The notes beneath the pieces are model-generated. The model was not told the DNA's origin and searched no databases. It saw only the letters and a program-made list of their open reading frames with translations. DNA of 64,000 bases from the NCBI GenBank assembly GCA_965113315.1, contig OZ220377.1; one strand, written 5' to 3'. This DNA comes from Podarcis vaucheri. Lineage: Eukaryota. The translations under genes were made by a program, and so were the position numbers. Shown here piece by piece: positions 51,646 to 63,210 of this stretch. Position 1 is the first letter of the stretch. Every line of letters begins with the position of its first letter.

Positions 51646-51765
51646 AAGCAGCAGCAACAGCAGCAGCAGCAGATGGTATCGGAGAAGTCTGCAGACTGGG
51701 AGGAAGTTCAGGGACAGATCCTGGATTCAACTGGCTTTTTACAAGCTCATTATCAGCAGCCTTAA
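51646..51765 (-). CDS. CAMK2B: Probable divergent CAMK2B linker cassette exon: (V)KAADNELVKSQLNPGSVPELPPSLQTSPIPSAAAAVAAA
   Basis: 120 nt, phase 1-1, open frame, acatcag / gtaagt, ~97-nt AG-free pyrimidine tract; first position in the repeat array. Confidence 0.75.
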
Positions 51766-54646
51766 CTGATGTGAATGGGTAAGAGAGGAAAAAAGAGAGG
51801 GAGGGGGAAAGGAAAAACAAACACCATAAAGCGAGAAATAAAAAGTTCCAAAGAAAAATGGCGGCTCTGATGGGAGAAAAGAGAGAATGGGAAAGCAAAA
51901 TATACATCGGCAGAGAAAGAGAAGAGGATGGCAAAATTGAATCTAAAAGAGGAGAAAAACACACAGAGGAGGCAGGGCATCATCTAACTAGAGGATTTCC
52001 ACTATCTGTTTGCTTCAGCTGGTTTGTTCCCTGTCAATCCTTTACCCCAACTCCATCCCCCCTCACTTGACCTCCCAGCTTGGCTTCCTTTGAGTAGGGC
52101 CAAAGTTGTATCTTCAGAACATTGCATATTCAAGAGAGATGCTGATAGGATACAACTCTATCCTCGTGCCACGTTTGCAACATTCTTGCGGCCTGGTGTG
52201 AGTGCCAAATTGGGTGGGCAAATTCAACCTTGTGTAATCTGCTTGGTGTGTGCTTTTTTTACTAGCATACGAAGATCCACCACTGAGAACCAGGTGCAAA
52301 ATGGCAGCTTTGGATGGTGGGGTGTGGAAACATACTCTTAGAATTGTGGAGCAGCGTGCCTCTAAGCACAAGCTCAGCCAAGCAATTTTTTCAGTATGAA
52401 AACTGAGTTTGCAGTCCTCACGCATAAAAACGCTCTCCTGTTCCCCGCCCCCGTGCACCATGTAATGAAGAAAGACATGTGTTTGCTCACTCCAGAGCGT
52501 CTGGAAATATATTCTGCACTTTATACACCGGAGTATTCTACCTGTATTTCTCCTTGCAGCCGCATGGAACAACACATGTATCAGATCTATGAATCTGTAA
52601 GTAAATCTTTTAAAACTTGCTTAGCGGGGAGTGGTCTGTTCCTTGCAAAAGGGGTAGAAAGAGGGGAGTGTTGTAAACGGGGTAAGAAAAGTCTAACAAC
52701 CTATATTCCTAATGTTCCACTGTGCTGCTGTTTTTTGTGAGTTTGAAATGCTGCTACTGGGGCTCTCTTGTGTTAGCTCCACATTTTGAATCCAAGAACC
52801 CAGCCAATTCTTTTGTTGTTCACCACACATGTGGGTTCACAAGGATTCATGTATTTTCCTCCCACAAGCAGCCTAATTTTTTTGGGGGGGGGTAGGAGGA
52901 GCCTTTTTCATTGTTGCTTTTGTTAAATAATTGTGAGCCATACAGTCATTGCTGATCTACTGCAAAACACATAAGTGATCTATCAGTAAGCTCCTGATCT
53001 AACGCCTGCCCACTCGTGTGCTAGATTACAAGGCTGTTTGCATCCCATTCTTTCCAGCACCACTAAGCCAGTTGTCAGCTTAAAGTGGAGGCAGTCTTTA
53101 AAGTCACTCTTACAGACAATACAAGACCAGTCTGGTCGACCTACTCCCAGGTAATGTTGCCGAGAGAATTAGATGCAACCTGTTACAAAAACTGTGTGCA
53201 GCACTTATTTAATTAATGTCCCCCGCCAGTCAAAAGAAAACAAGTCCCCTCCCCAGGAGTGTTTTCCAGGACCCAAGAGTTACACTATAATAACTTAAAG
53301 AGGATATCCTTCAAAACAAAAAATGCAGTTTAGGTACAAAGGCACACATGGAAGGACCTCCTACTGAACTCAGTGGGATTTACTTCTGGGCATACATGCA
53401 TAGGATTACAAAGCCCACACACCCATTACCCAGCCCTGAGCAGAACAAACCCAACTTCCTGTTGCTTCCAAGACAAAAGTATCCAGAGTAACAGGAAACA
53501 CTTGAGTTCGCTCACTTTACAATACTCTGTAACCCCACCAAAGAGGAACAATAAACATCTGCATCAATATTTGCTCTGCCTCCCATGGCTAAACTTACAC
53601 ATTTTGCTTACACACATTCATGGAACTGCATTACATAATGTGAAAAATGTGTCCCAGCCTCTTCTACAACATGGGTCTTCCACAGGTGGGCCAAACCCTA
53701 GAAGTGGGTATTGCCCAATCTAAAGTTGACCATGCATACTGGAGCTGAGGCTAGAATCTGTTTGGTTTTCATTTTAAAATGAAAGAAAGTTGCAAAGAGA
53801 AAATGTATCTACGTGTGTTGCATGTTGCTTTAAAGCTTTCTGGGTCTGAAAAAGTGAAGGCTATTGACCAATGTTGCTGCAAGGGATCTTGGGACACACA
53901 TCTCTGACTGTACACTGCTTCAGTGGCACTCTCAAAGCAGGAATGAGGCAGACTTCAGGCTTGTTTGATCTATTTTGCACTTTGTAGAACTTCAAGATCT
54001 TCCAACCAGAGCCAAGTGCAAAAGACATACACTTAGAATGAAAAAATTCTGATCACATTCGGAACCTAGGAGTTTGTTTCCAGTACCTGAACTGAACTGA
54101 GCTTACATTACTTTCACAACAAAATCCACTCCTGCCTAGTTTTCTTCTTTTCAGCTGACTGTGTTAGATGGGAGAAGTTATTTTGCTGTAAGCACTGTAA
54201 AATAACTAGGAGTCAGAAAGTCCTGCCAATCGACTGCAAATCACCCTGAGATCATCTGCCAGATTTGCTGTTCACTAGAATGGAACCGTACTGTTCATGC
54301 TAGCTTTGGGTTCAATTACAGCAAAAAAAATAAAAATAACAAAACAAACCCAACAACAACAGAAAACAAATCTTCAGAATACAAAGGTATCTTGAGGACT
54401 TATAATTTGGGCTGTGCAAACTTTCAACCAGTTAACTGGGTAGATTAAAAACATTTAACCAACTGAAAAGGCCGCAAATCAATTGGGCAGCATGTGAATT
54501 ATTTCCCAATTTGTCAGTTGGTTTTGTCTTGTCCTGGGCAACCCAAAGTGACTTACAACCCAACAGACAGGCAACAAACCCCACACAGATACACTAAACC
54601 AAGAGAAATACGATTAAAAACACCCCACCTGGGCATGTGTGTATGG

Positions 54647-54779
54647 CAGGCATAGGCAAACTCGGCCCTCCAGATGTTTTGGGACTACAACTCCCATCCA
54701 TGACCAATGGTCCTGTTAGCTAGGGATGATGGGAGCTGTAGTCCCAAAACATCTGGATGGCCGAGTTTGCCTATGCCTG
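54647..54779. mobile_element. hAT-type MITE, near-perfect hairpin (same family as 14773-14908)
   Basis: TIRs caggcataggcaaactcggcc / ggccgagtttgcctatgcctg; perfect 8-bp TSD gtgtatgg. Confidence 0.9.
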
Positions 54780-56501
54780 GTGTATGGTATATAAATTGTA
54801 GACGGCAGAGGCCATCTTAGCAGAGGCATTGCCTCTGCATCATGTCCAAGACATTTTGCAGCCTCGGGTAAAGGACAAGATGGTACCCCTCACCACAATT
54901 CCATGTAAGAAGCTGCCTGGACTGGCAGTCAAATGTTACTTCTACACTGGCAACAGGGCAGTGTATCTGGCAGGGCAGGTTTCATGGTGCATAGAACTTT
55001 GTCTTCCAGCACCTCACTGCTGCTCCCTGCCTCAAAACATGTTTATGCCTAATGGTTTGACTGGCCCTGGTTTCTCCTTCACTTCCGCACAGGAAGGACA
55101 CCTAGCATAGGAAGGATGGCCATCTGTCACGGATGCTTTACTGTAATTGAGATTCCTGCATTGCAGGGCGTTAAGACCCTCAGGGTCCCTTCCAACTCTA
55201 TGATTCCATGATTCTAATTAGGAGAAATGTCACTGCTACTTTTGAAATGTATTTTATAATGAATTCTTCGCAACCAAGTGTGCCAACCTTTGTGGGGGAC
55301 CAGGTAAGTCTCACCCCACATAATTGATAAGATGACCTGGTACACACACACTATTTGAATGGCAGTGCCCATAAAGTTTTTGCGGGGAGCCTTCTAAAAT
55401 ATTTTATTGGGGGGCAAAGTCCCCACAGCCCCTAGGAGTTGGCTCCTATGCTTGCCACCAACTTTCTAATTGTTTCATGCTGGACCTCAGTTTTTCTTTT
55501 TCTTTTTTGGGGGGTGGGGTGAGGTTCTACACATAAATTTTCCTCCCCCCCCCACCTGCTCACAACTTCACATTTTTAGCCAAAGATGACTGATGAGCTC
55601 CATGTAATCTCTGCATCTTTTGCTTTACCTTCAGGCAGCTCAAAGAGGCATGGAGCTCCTTTCTGTTGATCTAGATATATCACACATCCAAAAACAAGAA
55701 CTGAAACATCTTCCTCAGCTCTAGCAGCTGAGATCATTCAACTGGATATGGAGCCTTGAAAGATCTGTATGCAAAACTTGTCTTCTGCCAAAGTGAGATA
55801 GGTTCCCATCCCTTTTATTTTATTTGCTCTCCAGTGTATAACTAGAAATTCTCCCTAAGGAGATCCAGTGGAGAGGTGAAGCTAGAAACATTCAGTGTAT
55901 TATTTTACACTCAAGCGGGGGGGCAAAGCAATTTGGATTCCCTATCAGAGCTCAAGTAAGAGAAAGTTCTCGCAAGACTCAGTACCAACATCAACTGGGA
56001 ACTATTTGTCCTGTATCTCCCAGGAAATCAATCACACAGTCATTGCCAGCATCAGGGACGGGCATCCCAGGGGAGTTGCTGGTGACCAGGAAGGACCCAA
56101 CCAGCTCTGATGTCTCCACAACAGCTGGGTTTGTGAGCCTTCATTTTATTTTCCCACAACACCTCCACACACACACACACACCAATGCTGCTGGCACTAC
56201 CACAGCCTAGGGGGACCCATCAACGTAAATTACCCAAAGCCCTTCCAAATCTAGAGCAGGCTTTGCAAATACTATATGCAAATACTACATTTGGCCTTAA
56301 AGTCCATAGAATCCTTCATCTGCTTGTGTTCCCTTGTGCCAGAAGGTCCTTATGCTCCTATCCAAGGCCACATTCACTCATTTCTTCCAAGTGCATCCAT
56401 ATGGCTTCTCAAGGACACAAATTCTCAGGAGTGTACAGGTGGGTTTGCTTTGCCAGATTTATATGGCATGAAACTTCTGACTGACCCCTCAAGTCTGTTA
56501 C

Positions 56502-56550
56502 CTTTTGTGTCCTCATCCTCTATGGTGGTGTTTGTGCTGTCGGAGGATTC
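56502..56550 (-). CDS. CAMK2B: CAMK2B conserved linker exon: ESSDSTNTTIEDEDTK
   Basis: 49 nt, tttccacag / gtaaca, phase 0 to 1. Confidence 0.96.
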
Positions 56551-57443
56551 CTGTGGAAACATACAGGGGTGAAAAAAAGGAGAAAGAGAAACATTAGTGG
56601 CTCTGGCCAGAAACAAATGCCGGAGGAGAGGTTGAACTTGCACAACTGGGCACATCAGAACAGGGACCAGGGAGAGCTCAAAAGTCCTGTATCTAACTAA
56701 GTAATTATTAGGGGCACCCATTGTCTCTTCTCTTTCCTGCCTCTAACAGGAACATCTTTCAAACCAAGTAGGTTCAAAGATATAAAAGGGATTTCTGCCA
56801 GGAGAAAATGCAGGGATGAATCTTGACCAGGAATAAGAAACTCAAGGCTCTCTAGATGTTCCTGGACTACAATTCTCATATTTCCTGATAGTTGGTCATG
56901 TTGGCTGGAGTTGATGGGAGTCCAAGTCCATCAACATCCCATATCCCTGATCTAGACTTCCAACATGACTACATTCCTGAGTTCTCTCCACCACGATACA
57001 TCAGAATTCCATATATCTTCCTTCAAACCCCTAACCTCTTCCCTTTTAAATGAATGCTCCCTGATCAAGTCTTAACTTCCCATCTTCACAAAGGAAAATA
57101 GTTGAAATTATGGCAATTTTAGAGCAGATCCATAAATTTCTTGCCTCTGAATGTAGAAACCCACCATTTTCACCTGCCATGAGATCCTGAAAGCCCCAGG
57201 GAACCATTAGGATGGTATTCAGCTACATTTTACTCAGAGTTGACCCACTGAAATTAATGGCCCTGCCTTAATTTCATTAGGTGTACTCTGAGTAAAACTT
57301 AGTTGAATACCACCCTTAGTCACAACAGCTGTAGGTGCAGAGATGGCAGGCCTCCAAGGGTATAACTACACAATATGTTAACAATGTTTATAAGCAACGA
57401 GAGTGTTCCTCCCATCCAATGCTAATTCTTGCAGAATGTGATA

Positions 57444-57705
57444 CAGTGGTACCTCGCAAGACGAATGCCTCGCAAGACGAAAAACGCGCAAGACGAAAGA
57501 GTTTTTCGTTTTTTGAGTTGCTTTGCAAGACGAATTTCCCTATGGGCTTGCTTCGCAAGACAAAAAACGAAAACGTCTTGCAAGTTTGTTTCCTTTTTCT
57601 TAAAACCGTTAATACCCTATGGGAAACCGTGCTTCGCAAGACGAAAAATTCGCAAGACGAAAAAACTCGCAGAACTAATTAATTTCATCTTGCGAGGCAC
57701 CACTG
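57444..57705. mobile_element. Tc1/mariner-type MITE with internal cgcaagacga repeats
   Basis: TIRs cagtggtacctcgcaaga / tcttgcgaggcaccactg flanked by TA. Confidence 0.9.
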
Positions 57706-60289
57706 TACTGTGGACTATTATCCCCACCCCTTTTCCAGTTAATTTTTTAAAAAACTAAATTTTGATTCCTAGCCACATTGTGAATGTAATGTACAGTAGC
57801 TAGGAGCAGCAACTGGAGACAGCTATTGGCTATTATGTTGTGCTTGTAGGCTTCCTGGAAGGATCTGATTGGCCACTGTGGGAAGCAGAACGTTGCACTA
57901 GATGGAGCTTTGATCTGACCTAGCAGGCTTCTTTTTATAGTCTAATGTTCTTTCTGTGTCTGTCTTCATGGGGAAACATTTGTGGTGCTACAACAACGCC
58001 ATGAGAAGATAGGGTTTCCAATCTTGTGTCTTCCTCTTGAAGGAACACATCCAGGACGGAATTTGGGGTAGGGGGGGTGCTTAACTTTCTCCTGTCTACC
58101 AATTTCTCCTGCAAATGCATCCCATGGAGTTTAAAGTATTTCTGCCACCTGAGAAGCAAAGCACCTCTCCTTCCCGTCTACCAGCTCCCTCCACAAATGC
58201 CCTTCCCTACACTCAAGTCATCTTGACAACTTGGATTCTGAATCTTCATTTGCCAAGGCAATGCATTCTCCCACCCTTAGCTCTGGGCATCAATGAAACA
58301 CTTTGGGCAAACAATTCCCACCAAATCCCAACCTATTCATTATACCGTGCCACATTATACCCTGTAAAGCATAAGCATAATTTAAAAACAAAATGAGCTC
58401 AGAAAAGAATCCTGGGGAAACATTATCTCTTCTTAAGAGTCACCTATGGGAACCAAACACAGAATAGTGCACCTTGCCAAAAATACAAACGTTTTAGTAC
58501 ACGGTACATCCAGCAATTAAGGAAGAAAGAGAAACATATACTTATATAGTAGCGCTTTTAATCTGAAGAGCGTTTTACAGAGCTTGTCCTCTCACTGAAT
58601 AGAGAGCTCTGTGTCACGAACGCTGTATATTCAGCTCCTGTGTGTAAATCCAGCCCACTTCTGCAGCCCCGCTGATCAGGCCCATCATTACCCTGTCAAT
58701 AACAGAGCGCCTGGGAACAGCTGAGCAGTATGCTTAACATTCTCCACTGTGCTGCACACTCTTCTGGCTGAAGAAGCCGCGCTCCTGCTTCTGTCCTACA
58801 GCAGGTGTAGCAGTTAGCACTGTCCAGAGCAGGAGGCCAGTAACGAAAACAAAAAAAATTCTGGACAATGTAAGATCACAGACCCTGTGAACGGGTGGAG
58901 GGAGTGGAGCATCAAGCTGAAAAGAACCATCAGCTCCAACTGACAGTTGCCCTGGGACAAGACACCATGAGAGGAGCACCCTCTGGCTCCTGCCATCAGC
59001 CAGGAAAACTAAGGCTGCTGGGAAGCTACGCCTTCTGCCTCCCAAGAATAATATTGAGACAAAGGAACCCACTTCTCCCCTCCCTGCCTGAAATAATACT
59101 CTGCTCAAACTCCCTCTGGCCCAGAGACCTGAGAAGCAAAGGGAAAGAACCCTCTGGCTCCATCTATTGGCCAATGGAACAAGAGCCACCAATGGCTATT
59201 CACACAAGAGCCACCAACAAAGGAAGACCAAGCTGGGCCAAACTGGATAAAAATGCCCAGCACTTTGTTCCTGCCTTGAAGATCTCCCTCTTCTTTTTCC
59301 TTTCTCTCCCCTTTTTGTGTGCGTCTGATCTTTCTAGTTTGCAAGCCTGGTGGCAGGGCCTCTGTCTCTGTCTCTGTGTGTGTTGATATGAGCCACTGTG
59401 GAAGACAGTCATTGTCTGGAAAGCAGGATAAGAAGAGAGTAAATAAGTAAAGCTAGGGGGCTCCATTCAAGGTGCATACAATCAGCCCCAACAGTCATGC
59501 CAGCTGAGAAAGGTCTCTATGCAAAACTGAAGGGGGTGAGGGAGAGGGAGGGAGAATGCTATTCTATGTAAGAGGAGGAGCTGGAATCAGATTTGCTACC
59601 TCTGGTATGGCTTTCAACACTGGAACCCGATTTCTGGATTCTGGAGACTTCAGGGCTCGTTTTTTTCTGTTAACTCGTGCCATTTGGTGGCAGGGTTTTG
59701 CGATGTAGATAGCTGGCTGCTACCGCTGCCCAGGGGTCAGGACTGCAAACCCAGTTTCCCTGTAGGAGGTCACACTATAACCTCCTGGAGGGAAATCTCG
59801 CCGAATCATTTAAAATTCCTCAAGCCTATGAATGAAACAGAATTTGGACAAGTAAACAGCCAGCGCTTGAGGAATCACACTGGTACTGTCACCAAGGAAG
59901 AAAAATAAAATGACTTATTCAATTCTCTTGAGGAGCATCCGGAAATGCTACTGTCTGCTTCAAATGGCCCTACTCTTATGGGATATTCTGCAGGCTGTGT
60001 ATGCAGTTTAAACACAAGTTGTCCTGATTCTTTGCTGCCCTTCTCTGTTTTTGTTTCTCTGCTTTTCTCTGCTGTTGTTTCTGAAAGCAAACTGCTTTGC
60101 ATTTTCCTTATAATTATTGGAATAAATTAGAACACATCAAACTTTGCAGAAAGGGTCAAGAAATTCAAAGGCACTTCTGGAAAGGGGAAAGAGGTTGCAA
60201 AACCATCCAGACAAGTGCATTTAACACCTCTGGATCTTAGGCAATTCACTTATCTGGTATTTCACCAGCTCCGTGGGGCTGAAGGTCCT

Positions 60290-60550
60290 TCTAACTAGCT
60301 TAGATGGCTCTCACAAGAGATTAGACAAATTCATGGAAGGCAAGTTAATCAATGGCCCATATGATAGTTATATGCAATAGGTTCAGAAAGAGCGCACTTA
60401 TGTGTACCAGGTGCTGGAAAGCCATAGTGGAAGAAGCCTATGGCTTTCATGTTCCTGCATGTTTGCAGCTGATCAGCCACCCTAGGAAACAAAAGGCTGG
60501 ACTAAATGGACTTTACAGTCTGATCCACCTGCGCTCTTCTTATGCTCTTA
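60290..60550 (+). mobile_element. Old CR1-type LINE 3' tail; related fragment at ~57790-57950
   Basis: gattagacaaattcatggaaggcaagttaatcaatggc...ggactaaatggact...tctgatcca...tcttatg. Confidence 0.55.
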
Positions 60551-61001
60551 GTTTGTGTGTGCCTTGTGGTGCATTTTCAGAAATTGCTTATTATTATTAA
60601 TTAAATTTATTTATGATGTCACAGTGTTTCTCAAATGCTTTGAACTCTGCCCTTCTAAACTTATGCCACCTTTTCTGTAGGTGGATGGGGATGAGTAGTT
60701 CTGATAATCTCCTGCATGGATGAATATGCAGAAATCCTTGCACACTGTATATAAATATAATCTGCTGCACACTAATATCTACAGACTGGGGTAGTGATAT
60801 CACACTTGGAAGCAAATGGCATTGATTTTATTTACTGGCCAGGATAGATGCACAATTCCATTGCCTTACCAGGGAGACACAGCATTAGAAAACCAAAAAC
60901 CTCGTCAAAATTACCTACTGAAAAAGGGCTCAAATATGTGCTCTAATGTCTACTTGGTTGTATGTTAGGGCTCATGAAAAATTTATAGGAAAGTATATTC
61001 T

Positions 61002-61190
61002 GGGAGAAGGATCATACCTCAATGGTAAAACACATACTTGGTATGTAAAAGTTTCAGGGTCAATCCCTGACATCTCCAGGTGAGACTGGCAGTGACTCTC
61101 CAGGGTTTCAGACAGAAATCATCTCCAATCAGTGGTAGTAAACTAAATGAACCAGGCATCAGACACAGTACAAGACAGTTTCCTATATTT
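61002..61190 (+). mobile_element. Degenerate tRNA-derived squamate SINE
   Basis: A-box-like tacctcaatggtaaaacac, B-box-like agggtcaatccc, tail ...gacagtttcctat. Confidence 0.55.
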
Positions 61191-63165
61191 CCAACTATAT
61201 TCTTATTTCTCTTTTCTTAAAAAAGCCATATATCACATGGGGAGATAAGCTGTCTTTATTCCTAAGAAGTTTGGCTACTGCTTGCCTTTTTTCTTTTTCT
61301 TTTTTTCTTTTTTTTTCTTTTTTGGGTCTACCTGAAGGTCAGAATAATTTCTGCAACAGCTCTGGCACAAAAGGTGATTCATAAAGCATAAAAATGGTAG
61401 GGTTGTGTTTTCCTTATTTTTTATGTATGAAGAGGGTTCCAATTTTCCAACTAAAAATGAACAAACTCTTGCTTGTGTTTATTGTCAGAACTATAGCTTC
61501 TTTTTTTAGCACTACTGGATACTGGAACTGGTTGGATTCTGGTACTATAGATGTGGGGGGGGGGTATAGGAGGTAGGATTTTCCATTTATGAGGTATGCT
61601 AATCCTGTTCAATTGTTGAAAAACACCAAAAACAGCAAAGGGGAAAAATTATTCTCTTATAGATCACATTTCGTGGGATCTCTGAAGCTATGATAAAAAC
61701 AGTAGATTTACAGTCTGGAGATGGCTCAAATATGATTAAAAGGTTTCCTTAAACCTAGAAGATAGCTGTTCTCTCCCTGACAAAAGGGTCAGTGATCTCA
61801 ATGTAAGAGGAGTTAATGACAACACATTTGAAGCATGCAAAGAAGCCTGACAGGCTCTCTATAAACCAGAGTCATTATAATAGCAGAAAAAGGGTTTGTG
61901 CCCAATCAGAAGACAGCTGCAGGATCCAATCATAGTTCAGCATAGGGTCCCCATGACCTTTAACCAAATACGTACAGCTTTTATTTTCTGACATCAATGC
62001 ATAGGTTACATTTTACTTTTTCAAAACAGATTACCAGCATTATTCAGCTTTCACTATATACACTTAAAGCAGGAAATACACTATCCAGAAGATGGAAAAA
62101 GAGAGGAGGGCACAATTGTTTCTATAATTTGTTTGCCTGGCCTCTACCCGAGCTTCCCCAAGCTCCATTTAATGGCTGCGCCAGATGCATTGAGTGAATG
62201 GGCTTGAAGAGGAAGCATAACAATGATGATAAGAAATTAAATCCCTGTGGCAGAGAATGGGTAAGAAAATGCAGGTTTGGGTGGAGGCGAGGGCTGTGTC
62301 CGAGCAATGGATGATTGTGGCATGGAGTAATTATGTCGTTCCTCAGCTAATCCGAGTTCTTGGATTGGTCTTTTTTGGTCTGCCTGGCTGCGTTCTTTCA
62401 CTTCAGAATGATGGAGCTCACGATTGCTGCCCTCTGGTTAGCTCCTCTGGGGTCAGAGTAGAGGCTTTCTCCCCCATCCTAACACCCAGAACAAACAGCC
62501 CAGGTGCTAAGGATAACCACACCAAAACACGCATCATTGCAGATGGCAATTGAGGCAAGTAGCACTCCCCCACTCTGTAGCTTTTGGCCACAACCCAGAA
62601 TATCTGATTCATTCTATCTCTGTGCCTTAAAAGCACCAGAGGAACTTTCCACCAGAAGAGGCAGAGAGCCTAACCTTTATGATTCTCCAAAGAGGAAGAA
62701 TCTTTTCAAACCAGAGCTGTGCCATCAGTCTCAATGACATGGCTGGATTCATACTGGTGCATGTGAAAGAAGGGAGAGAAATGAGGTAAAACACAGCTCC
62801 CAGATAACTATTCTATCTTCTTGGGCATACATTGACTCATTCATGAAGACTAGGCGTCAAGGAAAAGCTCAGTTGAGCAGCTCCACTTCAGATTTATCTG
62901 GCTTCCTTCAGATTTATCTGGAACATGCTTCCCAGTAAACTCTAAAGGGCAACCTTTTTAACAAATGTCTACCATAGGAGGCAAGTGGATTGGGTTCTAT
63001 CTTATGTGGTTTCAGGCATACTGAAACAGACAAGAGGTGCAAAACCTGAGCCTACAGTCTGTCCCCAGAGGTGAAAATACACAGCAATGCAAGGAGCAGA
63101 AAGTCAATTTTTATCCAAGATTACAAAAGGGCAAACTGAGGAGAAGGAAAGACAGGCAGCAGTAC

Positions 63166-63210
63166 CTTAATGCCGTCCACTGGGTTATGGATAACGGTGG
63201 TTTGAGGTTC
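63166..63210 (-). CDS. CAMK2B: CAMK2B variable linker exon: EPQTTVIHNPVDGIK; upstream exons lie beyond the right edge
   Basis: 45 nt, ctgtag / gtactg, phase 0-0; matches the recalled mammalian CaMKII-beta sequence. Confidence 0.96.

Noticed and set aside
57444-57705. Regularly recurring cgcaagacga motif resembling a CRISPR-like array
   Set aside because: Internal repeats of a mariner MITE in eukaryotic DNA; no spacer structure or cas genes
60860-61345. AG|GT-like sites (cagtag|gtaatt at ~60915, ttcag|gtagac at ~61330) as microexons
   Set aside because: Weak donors or tracts, no coherent frame; expected by chance
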